In this document: piece by piece, positions 48,124-57,526 of the stretch
Layout: every line of letters begins with the position of its first letter
Numbering within the stretch: position 1 is the first letter of the stretch
Assembly: GCA_963708295.1 (NCBI GenBank)
Contig: CAVPSJ010000004.1
Location: forward strand, 864,001-928,000
Source of the DNA: an uncultured delta proteobacterium
GTDB lineage: Bacteria; Desulfobacterota; BSN033; UBA1163
Length of the DNA: 64,000 nucleotides
Reading direction: 5' to 3'
Translations under genes and position numbers: made by a program
The notes under the pieces: generated by a model
What the model was told of the DNA's origin: nothing
Databases searched by the model: none
The model's input: only the letters and a program-made list of their open reading frames with translations

Positions 48124-48220
48124 TATTGCTTGCCAAGGGAAGAATGCCCGTCAAGAAATGATCGTCGATCGCTGTACCGGTGGTAATCGACAGTTGAGTT
48201 TCTCCTGGCCCCTTCCTTCA

Positions 48221-49333
48221 TCAGACTTTCAATAATCGTTCTGCATTGAGATGATAAAGTTTTTCCTTGTCCGAGTCGCTGATCGGCGTCCTCTCAACGT
48301 CTGCAACCGCCTCCTTCATCCCCGCATAGGGATAATCAGCGGCGAAAAGAACGTGATCGGCCCCCATCGCGCTGATAGCGCAGATCAACGCCTCCGGCCT
48401 ATATCGGCCGCTCGTCGTGACGTAGATATTCTCTCTGACATATTCCGAAAGCTTTCTATTCAGGGTCCTGGGCTTATACGCCATGACATACCCTTCGTCC
48501 AGGCGGTCGAGCAGGAACGGAAGCGTTTCGCCCAGATGCCCGAGGATGAGGCGCGACTTCGGGAAGGCGTCGAACACGCCTCCTCCGACGATGCGCAGGG
48601 CGTGTGTGGCAGTCTCGGCGACCCAACTCCAGACGGGCCCCATCAGTTCGGAGTGTCCTTCATAGATTTTTCTTCCCTCCGGCGACGGCTCGGCGACGTG
48701 GAGGTAGATCGGGACGTCAAGGGCCTCGGCGCGCTCCCAGATCACCCAGAATTTCTTCTCGTCGAGATACTCCCAGTTCGTGTGCCCCTGGATCATCGTC
48801 CCCTTGAATCCGAGCTGTTTGACACACCGTTCGAGTTCATCGGCGGCCGCTTTCGGGTCCTGCGTCGGCAAATTGGCCCACCCTGCGAATCGGCCCGCGT
48901 ACTTCTGAATGATCTCCGCCTGCTGGTCATTAAACCGCTTTGCTGTGGCCACAGAGACGCCGGCGTCGTTGACTCCCTGGAACCCCGGAGAACTGCACGC
49001 GATCACCTGCATGCCGATGCCGAGATTATCCATAAGGGGAAGGCGGATTTTCTCAAAATCGACGAGGCCCGCCCCTGCGTGCGGAACCGCCTTCATATTG
49101 ACCGATGAAGGTGTGTTTTTCGTCTTCGCCCATTCGAGATTCAAACCCACGATCTCCGAGTTGCGCCAATGCTCTTCAATGCAGATCTTCTTCATCCCCG
49201 TTCCCTTGGCGCTGGCAGCCGTCTGGGCGACAGCCTCCCCTTTCCGGAGGCCTGCCTGCACGCCCGCCGTGACCGCCAGAGCTCCAAGGGCGGTCTTCCC
49301 GAGAAATTCTCTTCTTCCCATTTTTTTTCCCAT
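48221..49333 (-). CDS. Amidohydrolase-2 family (hydroxybenzoate decarboxylase-like) protein with Tat signal
   Basis: MGKKMGRREFLGK + hydrophobic stretch + AVA. KKICIEEHW, IYLHV, GHLGE, TTSG, FAADYPY. Confidence 0.92.
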   Translation of the reverse strand: MGKKMGRREFLGKTALGALAVTAGVQAGLRKGEAVAQTAASAKGTGMKKICIEEHWRNSEIVGLNLEWAKTKNTPSSVNMKAVPHAGAGLVDFEKIRLPLMDNLGIGMQVIACSSPGFQGVNDAGVSVATAKRFNDQQAEIIQKYAGRFAGWANLPTQDPKAAADELERCVKQLGFKGTMIQGHTNWEYLDEKKFWVIWERAEALDVPIYLHVAEPSPEGRKIYEGHSELMGPVWSWVAETATHALRIVGGGVFDAFPKSRLILGHLGETLPFLLDRLDEGYVMAYKPRTLNRKLSEYVRENIYVTTSGRYRPEALICAISAMGADHVLFAADYPYAGMKEAVADVERTPISDSDKEKLYHLNAERLLKV

Positions 49334-49437
49334 GTTGGCTCCCTCTCTATCTTTGGGTATTTAATTCCCGGATTTAGCTTTGACAATTTAAAATGAATCC
49401 TTCGCTATTGGAAATAATTCGAAGTATCCTTATATTA

Positions 49438-49509
49438 TCACATCATGAAATATTGTATTGCATTATGAGATAACCATTGGATTATGAAGCAACTGCATTT
49501 TATTGTCAA
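49438..49509 (-). promoter_or_regulatory. Sigma-70 promoter with downstream tandem IclR operator (copy 2)
   Basis: Minus strand TTGACA (49509-49504)-N17-CATAAT (49486-49481). Operator TCACATCATGAAA-N7-TTGCATTATGAGA at 49438-49470. Confidence 0.7.
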
Positions 49510-49698
49510 GAAAAACATTTGGTCGCTCTGAGGAAAGACGCTCCTTAATTTAGAAGCGCTTTTCTCAGTTATGGATCGTTAACACCATTTTCTTCCGTCC
49601 AAAGTCAACTCATTCAACATTTTCTTTCCCTCCAACCCTTCCTGATGATAGGAGTTATCTAACAGTTATAAGAAAGTGTCTATGGACGAGTACATGCA

Positions 49699-49727
49699 TT
49701 GACAATTACACCCTGGACTTGTATATT
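49699..49727 (+). promoter_or_regulatory. Sigma-70 promoter for the tctC-like gene
   Basis: TTGACA-N17-TATATT. Confidence 0.65.
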
Positions 49728-49806
49728 CGATACACAGAGCGAGACGGAAGCACTGCCGACGGGGACGGTCTAACGATTGGAGTCCCGGGCAACAGGAGGA
49801 GTTGAA

Positions 49807-50791
49807 ATGAAAAAAGAACATCGGGTTTTATTTTTGGGTTGTGTCTTGACCGCATTGGCACTGTTCTCACGGAGTCCCTCCCATTCAGGCAGAGACCTAT
49901 CCTGACGCATACCATTCAAGTCGTCATCCCGGGGGCACCTGGAGATGCTGTAGACCTGGCCGGAAGGGTCGCCATCGAAGAGCTGGAAAAGATTCTCAAA
50001 GTTCCGGTCGTTGTGATCAATAAGCCGGGCGGAGGCGCCTCCGTGGGCACAGACTTTGTGGCCAAGGCAAAGAAAGATGGCTATACGCTCCTTTACAGTA
50101 TGTCATCGGGTTTAGTTTACAATCCGGCTTTTAATCCGGAGGAGACCCCATACAATACCCTTCGGGATTTCGATCCTCTGGCCCTTCACGTCACCTTCCC
50201 GGATGGCATCTGGGTACAGACCGAGGCCCCGTGGAAGAATTTTGCCGAGGTGATCGATTACTCCAAGAAGAATCCCGGGAAATTTCGTTGCGGAACGCTG
50301 GGCGTAGGTTCCATCAACCATTTCAGAATCGAGATTCGTGAAAGCGGTGACCGGCGCCGATATTACGATGATCCCCTTTAAAGGAGCCATGCCCGCTCTC
50401 ACGGCTCTCTTGGGAGGCCATACCGAGTCCTCGTTTACGGCGGTCGCCATTACCTACCCGCATTATAAATCGGGCAAGGTAAGACCCGTGCTGCTCGACC
50501 AGAAGGTGGCTGACCTTCCCGGAGGACTTACGCTGCAGGAGATGGGCTACAAGCGCGGTCTCCCGTTGACCTTTTTTGCGTTCCTTGCGCCCGCTGGAAT
50601 TCCCGAAGAGGCAAAGAAAGGTTCTGGTTCCGGCCATAGAGAAAGCGGCAAACAATCCGGAGGTCATCGCCAAATTGAAGAACATGCGGATTATCCCCAA
50701 CTATAAGCCGCCCGAAGAACTGAAACAGATGATCAGCGAAGATTATGAAAATGCGCGGCAGGTCGTCAAACAGATGAGATTAACCAAGTAA
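49807..50791 (+). CDS. Tripartite tricarboxylate transporter substrate-binding protein (Bug/TctC), several frameshifts
   Basis: PVVVINKPGGGASVG, AKKDGYTLL, RDFDPL, IPFKG..ALTALLGGH, APAGIP. AGGAGG RBS before ATG 49807. Confidence 0.88.
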
Positions 50792-50831
50792 AAACAATTT
50801 TTCTTTCGGAATCTTTTCCTCCGACCCCAAT

Positions 50832-50871
50832 GCGGGGAGTTCGCTTCTGAAGCGGGCTCCCCGCTTTCTTT
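50832..50871 (+). terminator. Rho-independent terminator
   Basis: GCGGGGAGTTCGCTT-CTG-AAGCGGGCTCCCCGC followed by TTTCTTT. Confidence 0.75.
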
Positions 50872-50984
50872 ACGAAGCCGCTTTCTTCTCCCGGTTCTTC
50901 CGGCCGCGGCCGGACAAATCTTCTCCGGGGCTTCTTCAGGCCCGCGTTCAGGCCATTGGATGAGGGCCGTTCGGCATAAAGAAG

Positions 50985-51038
50985 TTGACAGACCGCGCAG
51001 AATTCGCTATGTTTGTATGCAAATATTTTGTATACAAT
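50985..51038 (+). promoter_or_regulatory. Sigma-70 promoter with two palindromic MarR-type operators
   Basis: TTGACA-N17-TATGTT, then TTTGTATGCAAA and TTGTATACAA palindromes. Confidence 0.65.
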
Positions 51039-51061
51039 GTTTTTGACCCTAAGGAAGATCG

Positions 51062-51541
51062 ATGCCTGATCCGGTCAGTCGAGCGGTTGCGATTTCTGAG
51101 ACCATGCAGTCTCTTCGAAGGATCTTTAAGGCGTTACAAAACTATTCTCATGAAGTCTCTCACCGGTATGGAATCACCGGCCCCCAGCTTTGGGTGCTCA
51201 AAACGGTTTTGAAAAACGGAGGGCTCCCGCTGGGTGAGTTGAGCCAGAAAATGTATCTGCATCCCAGCACGATCACGGGTGTCGTCGATCGTCTGGAGAA
51301 GAAAGGATATGTGTCGAGGGACAGAGACCACGAAGACAGAAGAGTGGTCATGGTTCAATTGACACCCAAGGGAAGGAGGCTGGTCAAGAGGGCGCCGAAT
51401 CCCGTTCAAGGGAAGATGATCCACGGCTTAAGGCAGATGAGAAAGGAAAAGCTCGAATCCATCTATGAGGCGGTCCAGACACTGGTTGAGATTATGGAGG
51501 CCCAAAACCTGAGGGTGACCTTCTTTTTTGATCAGGAGTAA
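51062..51541 (+). CDS. MarR family transcriptional regulator
   Basis: GITGPQLWVL, LHPSTITGVVDRLEKKGYV, DRRVVMVQLTPKG. Confidence 0.93.
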   Translation: MPDPVSRAVAISETMQSLRRIFKALQNYSHEVSHRYGITGPQLWVLKTVLKNGGLPLGELSQKMYLHPSTITGVVDRLEKKGYVSRDRDHEDRRVVMVQLTPKGRRLVKRAPNPVQGKMIHGLRQMRKEKLESIYEAVQTLVEIMEAQNLRVTFFFDQE

Positions 51542-51602
51542 GGGGAGGGGCAAGCGTTCATTTTCAAGAGGGGTGGATATCCAAATCGCTTATTAAAGGA
51601 GG

Positions 51603-52226
51603 ATGATCATGATGAAGAAAAGTTTTCCTGTTTTGATTTTTGTCCTGTGCCTTGGGCTGTTGCTGACGGGATGTCCCAAGAAGAAGGTCGCTGTGGGTAG
51701 AGACCAGTCCTCCGTCCAGAGCTCGGAAGAAGCCGCCCGGCTGCAGCGAGAACGAGAAGCAAGAGAGGCGAAAGAACGAGAATTAGCAAAACTCAGGGAA
51801 GAAGATCTTAATAAACCGGCAGGAGGCGACCTGGAAAAGACCCTGGTCGTCAAGAAAGAACCCGGGATCGAAGGGGAGGTCTTCGAAAGTCGACTGCTCA
51901 AAGACATCCATTTTGACTTTGACAAGTACGACATCCGCCGGGCCGATGAGGCAATCCTAAAAGAAAATGCAGTTTTCTTGAAAAATAATCCTAAAATGAA
52001 AGTCCAGATTGAAGGACATTGTGATGAAAGAGGAACCGTCGAGTACAATCTCGCTCTCGGGGAAAGAAGGGCCAACAATACGAAAAAATTTCTTGTCACC
52101 CTCGGTATTCCTTCAGATCGTATTTCTGCGATCAGTTATGGTAAAGAGAAACCTTTGGAGAAGGGTCACGATGAGGAAGCCTGGGCGAGGAACCGAAGAG
52201 CTCACATCGTCGTGTTATCCAAATAA
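51603..52226 (+). CDS. pal: Peptidoglycan-associated lipoprotein
   Basis: Lipobox LLTGC, IHFDFDK, IEGHCDERGTVEYNLALGERRA, SYGKEKP, NRRA. Confidence 0.95.
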   Translation: MIMMKKSFPVLIFVLCLGLLLTGCPKKKVAVGRDQSSVQSSEEAARLQREREAREAKERELAKLREEDLNKPAGGDLEKTLVVKKEPGIEGEVFESRLLKDIHFDFDKYDIRRADEAILKENAVFLKNNPKMKVQIEGHCDERGTVEYNLALGERRANNTKKFLVTLGIPSDRISAISYGKEKPLEKGHDEEAWARNRRAHIVVLSK

Positions 52227-52289
52227 GTCCAGCGGACCGATCCTCGGGGAGCTGGCTCTTCCCGAGGATCCGCGCGGAAGGAGGGAAAG

Positions 52290-53234
52290 TTGAAAGCATT
52301 CGATACGATGAAAAAGGGGTTCATTCTTTCCATCGGGGTGTTTCTCGTAGCAGGATGTGCATCCGTCCGGGACGCACAAATCCTTGACAGGGAGGTCGAT
52401 ACACTTCATTCGAAGGTCAACGCGCTTCAAAAAGAAAATAAATCTTTGGAGAATAAGATTTCCGCCCTGTCCGCTGAGAACCAAAAACTTCGGACCGATC
52501 TTGGTTTCCGTCTTGAAAACATCCAATCTGAAATTCGAACCCTCTCTACGAGTGTCGAGGAGTATAAGGATTATGTCAACAGACCTTCGAAAGAGATTGG
52601 CCGTGTCAAGGAGGACGTCGACGGCCGATTGAGGGGTTTGGAAGAGGGGAGAAAGGCCCTGGAGGAGAAAAATAAGGTCCAGGAAGAGCGAATTCGAGGA
52701 ATGGAGGATCGTCTCAAAGGAATGGAGGGGAAGGTTAAACAGGTAGAGCCGGAAAAGCCGGGTCCAGCCCAAGAGGTTCCTTCCGAAGGAAAGGGGGCCT
52801 CCCCGGGGATGGGAAACATGTACAAAGTGGCCTATGAGGCCTTTCAGAAGGGAGACGCCGAAGGAGCGCGAAAGAAATTTGAGGTGTTTCTGAAACAGTA
52901 CCCGAACACCGAACTCTCCGGCCACGCACAGTTTTGGATTGGAGAGACCTATTATCAAAAAAAGGATTTTGAGAAGGCCATCCTGGAGTATGAAAAAGCA
53001 ATTACCAAGTATCCGGAAGGGAGTAAAGTTCCGGCAGCTTTGTATAAACAGGGCCTTGCCTTTCTGGAATTGGGCGACAAGGCGAATGCCAGGAACCTTT
53101 TCAAGCGAGTCATGGAGCGCTATCCACGTTCTGAGCAAGCCGAAATGGCGAAAAAGAAGCTGGAAGAGATGAAACAGCCCCCCGGTGATTCCAAGGGAAA
53201 ATCTGGGCCTTCACCCAAGAAGAAAACTCCATAG
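52290..53234 (+). CDS. cpoB: Tol-Pal system protein CpoB/YbgF (coiled coil + TPR)
   Basis: Follows pal. Lipobox VAGC, AQFWIGETYY, AILEYEKAI..YP, ALYKQGLAF. Confidence 0.92.
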   Translation: MKAFDTMKKGFILSIGVFLVAGCASVRDAQILDREVDTLHSKVNALQKENKSLENKISALSAENQKLRTDLGFRLENIQSEIRTLSTSVEEYKDYVNRPSKEIGRVKEDVDGRLRGLEEGRKALEEKNKVQEERIRGMEDRLKGMEGKVKQVEPEKPGPAQEVPSEGKGASPGMGNMYKVAYEAFQKGDAEGARKKFEVFLKQYPNTELSGHAQFWIGETYYQKKDFEKAILEYEKAITKYPEGSKVPAALYKQGLAFLELGDKANARNLFKRVMERYPRSEQAEMAKKKLEEMKQPPGDSKGKSGPSPKKKTP

Positions 53235-53244
53235 GCGGATAGAG

Positions 53245-53420
53245 AGGACCTTCTATCCCCCTGAGCCGGTTGATCCACTCTCTTGATGGGTTCCCTAGAC
53301 CCATTCGGCGGCGCCCCCTCGGCCTGAGCCTTTCGGCAGGCTCAAGATCCTGAGTTCCATCGAGGGGCCCGGGCCGAAGGCAAGCTAGGCCTTCAGGCCG
53401 GCGGGGCGAAGGATTCATTG
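53245..53420. repeat. Cluster of degenerate REP-like elements
   Basis: Repeated CCCTGAGCC / CCTTTCGGCAGGCTCAAGATCCTGAG...TCGAGGG / GGCCGAAGG motifs. Confidence 0.5.
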
Positions 53421-53566
53421 CCCAGACCATCCGTCCTCCTTCCTTCTTAAGTATTTCGCGATGGCCATTACGATCTCTCTCCTGGCCCACCCCCAAGGGC
53501 TTCTGCAGATTTTTGTTGATTCTTTGCGAAATCTAATATAAATTTTGAACTGAAAAGGAGGCGAAA

Positions 53567-54247
53567 ATGATGAAAACTCAGTACAAGGGATTCATGAGGG
53601 AAAGAATACAAAGAAATCCGGTCACCATTCGTCCCGAGGCTTCCTTTTTCGAGGCACGACGCCTGATCCACGATAAGGGGATCCGCCACCTCCCCGTCGT
53701 CGATAAAGAGAATCGGCTGGTGGGAATCGTGACGGAAAGTGATATTCGCGAAGCAGGTCCCTCTGATGTTGCCACACTAAGCGTTAAAGAACTGACGGAT
53801 CTTCTGGGGACCCTGAAGGTCTCCGAACTGATGGTACCCAAGGAAAAAGTGATTACGATCACTCCGGACACTCTTATTGAAGAAGCCATCCAGTTGATGC
53901 ACGACCACAAGATCGGGTGTCTTCCGGTTGTTGATGGGGAAAAGCTTTACGGAATTTTTACGGAAACGGATGCGTTGGCCCACCTCGTGGATATATTTGG
54001 CTCCAAGCAGAAGGGGACGCGTCTCACCGTCGCCTTTGATGAAAAACCGGGCGCGATGGCAGGAATACTCGAAGTACTTAAGAAGCATAACGTGGATGTG
54101 ATTAGCGTTGTCTCTCCCTCTTTTCTGGTGGAAGGGAAAAGGATTGCTGCCATTCGCATCAAGACGGAAGAATACGAACTCATTGCCAAAGATCTGGAGA
54201 AGTCCGGCTATCCCGTATTATCCGTAGGCAAATGGCCTTCCGTCTAG
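53567..54247 (+). CDS. CBS-pair + ACT domain protein (AcuB-like)
   Basis: IRHLPVVD, GIVTESD, KIGCLPVV, GIFTETD, C-terminal RLTV..DEKPG ACT domain. Confidence 0.9.
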   Translation: MMKTQYKGFMRERIQRNPVTIRPEASFFEARRLIHDKGIRHLPVVDKENRLVGIVTESDIREAGPSDVATLSVKELTDLLGTLKVSELMVPKEKVITITPDTLIEEAIQLMHDHKIGCLPVVDGEKLYGIFTETDALAHLVDIFGSKQKGTRLTVAFDEKPGAMAGILEVLKKHNVDVISVVSPSFLVEGKRIAAIRIKTEEYELIAKDLEKSGYPVLSVGKWPSV

Positions 54248-54272
54248 TATCGTAAACAATCTACAGAGTTGA

Positions 54273-54305
54273 AAGGCAGGGTTGAAAAGGGACCCTGCTT
54301 TTTTT
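54273..54305 (+). terminator. Rho-independent terminator
   Basis: AGGCAGGGT...ACCCTGCTT followed by TTTTT. Confidence 0.65.
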
Positions 54306-54490
54306 CTGCACGGTTGAGTCAAGAATCATCCACCTTCGGACTATGATGACTGTGGACATTCGTAGATCATCTTGTCAATCAAGGGGTCACTGGTTTGTTT
54401 TGCGGGAAATCTCGGGGCAGACGCCCGCAGAGGGAAGGTAGAATTGTCGTTAGGCGACGGGATCCACCTTATCAGAGGAAGGACTGATTC

Positions 54491-55918
54491 TCATGCAGGA
54501 AGACTCAACCTGGCCCGCAAGCCCCTTTCGGGCAAGTTCTCCAGTCTGATTTCGCCATGATGCAGGAAAGCCACCTCTTTTACGATGTTAAGTCCTAAGC
54601 CGGTGCTCTTCTTCCCGGTATCGGGTCTTTGTAAGGAAAAGAATTTGTCGAATACCTTTTCCCTGGCATAGTCTGGGATGCCCGGACCATTATCCTTCAC
54701 GGCGAAATCCAGCCGGCCCCCATCTATTCTGGCCGCGATTTCAATCTGACTGCCTGCAGGGCTGAAATCGATTGCGTTTTGAATAAGATTGGACACGGCC
54801 TGGTGGAGGAGAAAAGGATCTCCTCTCACCCAAAGATCCTCCGTTGCGTGAACTGCCACGCTCAAGTTCTTCTTCGAAGTCAACGGTTCCTTGCTCTCGA
54901 TCACCGTCCTGATTAAAGCGCTGAAAGACAGGGTCTCCGACTTTTGGAGTGTTTTCTTGTTCTCCAGTTCCGACAGCTCCAACATACGGTCCACCATATC
55001 CTGGATGCGATTGGCCTCATTCCGGAGGTTCGACAGGAACAGGGCACGTTTCTCCGTCGGCATCCCCTCTTCGAGTAATTCCGCGGCGCCGCGGATGGCA
55101 GACAGGGGGCTTTTAATCTCGTGGGTGAGCGTTTGAACGTATTGCTCCACATACTTCTTCCCTTCCAGCGCTTCCCGCATCTTCTCAAAAGCCATCCCCA
55201 TTTCTTTCAGTTCGCTTTTGCCGAGGTTGGGAAGGTCAACTCTCTTTCCCTCCCTCACGTCATTGGCATAATGCGTGAGACGCTTAATCGGCCGGGTGAT
55301 CCAAATGGACACGACGAGGCTGAGGAAGATGGCGATAGAGATTGAAACGATCACGATCTTGAAAATCCGAGGTTTCGCATTCTTAAAGAAGATGTTGACG
55401 TTTGTCGTTGGCTTGACCACGGTCAATACCCCGGCGGTCTCTCCTTTGACGCGAATGGGCGCAGCCACATACAGGACGGAGGAGGTTGAGTCTTCAGCGA
55501 CTTTCCGCGTGGTCCTGGCACCATACTCCCCTTGTAAGGTTAACCGGACATCCCTCCACTTGGAATAATCTTCTCCCATATTCTGCCGGGTCTCCGAATC
55601 AAAAATGATCTTCCCTGATTTGTCCGTCATGTAGACTCGAACATCGACATGGGTCTTGAAAAAGTCATAGATTCTGGCGGATAGAAACTGAGAGGAGATC
55701 TGATCGAAAGCCCTGTAGAATTTTTCGGGATCAAACTGTTTTCTTTCCATCTCGACGGCCACGATCCCGGCAAGGATATTTGCCTGGTCCACCAAGGGAT
55801 CCTCGACTCCTTCCACGTAGCGTGTCCGGAGATCCTTCAGCATCCGATCAATGGGGTAGTAGAAACAGATGATGAAGATCGCCAGGTAGGCAAAGAAAAT
55901 ACGTGTTCCCAGTTTCAT
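54491..55918 (-). CDS. creC: Two-component sensor histidine kinase CreC
   Basis: LVDQANILA, RVYMTD, GEDYSKWRDVRLTLQGEYGAR, LEGKKYVEQYVQTLTHEIKSPL, FFSLQRPDTGKKSTGLGL. Confidence 0.94.
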   Translation of the reverse strand: MKLGTRIFFAYLAIFIICFYYPIDRMLKDLRTRYVEGVEDPLVDQANILAGIVAVEMERKQFDPEKFYRAFDQISSQFLSARIYDFFKTHVDVRVYMTDKSGKIIFDSETRQNMGEDYSKWRDVRLTLQGEYGARTTRKVAEDSTSSVLYVAAPIRVKGETAGVLTVVKPTTNVNIFFKNAKPRIFKIVIVSISIAIFLSLVVSIWITRPIKRLTHYANDVREGKRVDLPNLGKSELKEMGMAFEKMREALEGKKYVEQYVQTLTHEIKSPLSAIRGAAELLEEGMPTEKRALFLSNLRNEANRIQDMVDRMLELSELENKKTLQKSETLSFSALIRTVIESKEPLTSKKNLSVAVHATEDLWVRGDPFLLHQAVSNLIQNAIDFSPAGSQIEIAARIDGGRLDFAVKDNGPGIPDYAREKVFDKFFSLQRPDTGKKSTGLGLNIVKEVAFLHHGEIRLENLPERGLRARLSLPA

Positions 55919-56595
55919 AGGTCCTCTCTCAAGGAGTACCCCATGCCCCTGTGCGTGACAAAGGGATCCTTTTCCGGTTTGACCGCCTTCAGTTTGGCGC
56001 GGATGTTTTTGATGTGGGCGTCCACCGTCCGGTCTAAGCTGGTATCGGGTTCGTCCCAGACGAGATCCATGAGTTGATCTCTTGAATAGACATGTCCCGG
56101 CCGTCGGATAAAAGTCTTGAGGATATGATATTCATATCGGGAGAGGTCGAGGACTTCACCAAAGTAGGAGATCTGGCGTTTGGACTCATTCACTTGGAAG
56201 GGCTGGGCGCCAGGGGAAGGCCCGGTAAGATTTGTGGTCCGTCTGAGCACTGCCTTCACCCTTGCACACAACTCCTTTGGGCTGAAAGGCTTCGGGATAT
56301 AGTCATCCGCGCCAATCTCAAGGCCGACCACGCGATCGATCTCTTCTGTCCGGGCTGTCAGGAAGATGATGGGCGTAGAATGGATTTTCCTGATTTCCTT
56401 GCAAAGCTCAAGCCCACTCATATCCGGAAGTCCGATATCCAGGATGATCAGGTCCACAGGGTCCTCGGTCAAGAGGGGGATGACAGGTGACCCTGAAAAA
56501 AGGGAGACCGTTTCAAAGCCCTCCCTCCCGAGAGCATACTGGATATTGTCCACGATTGCCGGCTCGTCTTCCACGATTAAAATCTTTGGCTTCAT
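55915..56595 (-). CDS. creB: Two-component response regulator CreB (OmpR family)
   Basis: ILIVEDEPAI, LDIGLPD, GLEIGADDY, DRTVDAHIK, THRGMGYSL. Overlaps creC by 4 nt. Confidence 0.92.
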   Translation of the reverse strand: MKPKILIVEDEPAIVDNIQYALGREGFETVSLFSGSPVIPLLTEDPVDLIILDIGLPDMSGLELCKEIRKIHSTPIIFLTARTEEIDRVVGLEIGADDYIPKPFSPKELCARVKAVLRRTTNLTGPSPGAQPFQVNESKRQISYFGEVLDLSRYEYHILKTFIRRPGHVYSRDQLMDLVWDEPDTSLDRTVDAHIKNIRAKLKAVKPEKDPFVTHRGMGYSLREDL

Positions 56596-56658
56596 GCTGA
56601 ACTCCCGTCTTCCCCTGGTCAACTTTTTTGCCTATTCTATCATCTCCCCGATGAATTG

Positions 56659-57465
56659 TCATTTCCTCTTTGGTCGCCTTATCCTGCGCGCGAGTTTTTG
56701 ATATCCAAATAGAATGAGAAACACAAAGAGGAGTGTGCTCAGGCATGCTGAAATGACAAAAGAGAAATGTTCTGTAAACTTTGCTCCATCTTTCATGTAG
56801 GCCATGTTCAACAGTGGGATTCCTAGGCCGATGATGACGTACCAGAAGAAGGGGACGAGACAACTGCCAGCCTTGCGAAGCGGACTTGTTCTCTGAAGGA
56901 TGCCTCCTTTCTCCGCGGACCTGCCCGAGACGCAGGTCTCCGTGATTCTGACCACGGCGAGGTAAGCGAAAAGGAGCGAGATGAAATAAATCAGTGTTCC
57001 TCCGATCCGATGGACCCTTTCCATCGTGATCCACCCGGCGTAGAAGTCAGCTCCATAGAGGTGGATGGAAACAATGATTCTGAGAGCGTTTGCCCCAAGG
57101 GTGAGAAGGTAGGCCATTCCCATGCTGAGACCGACCCATAGAATCTTGACCCGGGTGCCCCTGAGCCGGGAGAGAAACGAGAAGAAGAAGGTGGAGAAGG
57201 CGATGGTCAGGAAATTGACGCCCGCACAGGCCGGGGCAATGATAAACCGGACCGAATGATTTACGAGACCCAGAGGGGATTCCTTTTCAAAAGAAATCCC
57301 GGTCAGCAGTTCCACCAATCGGGAAGTGGGGATTAAAATCCAACCGAGGTCGTCCGCGGTCGCCCGGGTGTAGTAGTATTTAAGTCCAAGGGCGATCAGA
57401 AGACCCAGCGCAAAGAAGGGGCCGTTCTCCGTGAGGAGGGTTTTGATCTTGGTCGGCGTCAGCAT
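56659..57465 (-). CDS. xrtK: Exosortase K family transpeptidase
   Basis: LKYYY...DDLGWILIPT..LV, IAPACAGVNF (catalytic Cys), ANALRI (Arg), VHRIGG (His). Multi-TM. Confidence 0.82.
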   Translation of the reverse strand: MLTPTKIKTLLTENGPFFALGLLIALGLKYYYTRATADDLGWILIPTSRLVELLTGISFEKESPLGLVNHSVRFIIAPACAGVNFLTIAFSTFFFSFLSRLRGTRVKILWVGLSMGMAYLLTLGANALRIIVSIHLYGADFYAGWITMERVHRIGGTLIYFISLLFAYLAVVRITETCVSGRSAEKGGILQRTSPLRKAGSCLVPFFWYVIIGLGIPLLNMAYMKDGAKFTEHFSFVISACLSTLLFVFLILFGYQKLARRIRRPKRK

Positions 57466-57480
57466 CGCTTCACTCCCTAC

Positions 57481-57508
57481 CCGTGCCGGCCGTAAGGGGC
57501 CGGCACGG
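57481..57508. terminator. Strong hairpin between the VIT gene and xrtK
   Basis: CCGTGCCGGCC-GTAAGG-GGCCGGCACGG. Confidence 0.55.
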
Positions 57509-57526
57509 ATTTTTTATGTTTTATTC

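Noticed and set aside
19832-49108. Long antisense ORFs (e.g. 19832-20821, 21084-21926, 25537-26517, 30564-31442, 48251-49108)
   Set aside because: These are shadow frames of well-supported genes on the opposite strand and carry no motifs.
10237-50791. Programmed frameshifting or stop-codon recoding
   Set aside because: The breaks are scattered indels in unrelated genes, with no shared slippery site or in-frame readthrough pattern.
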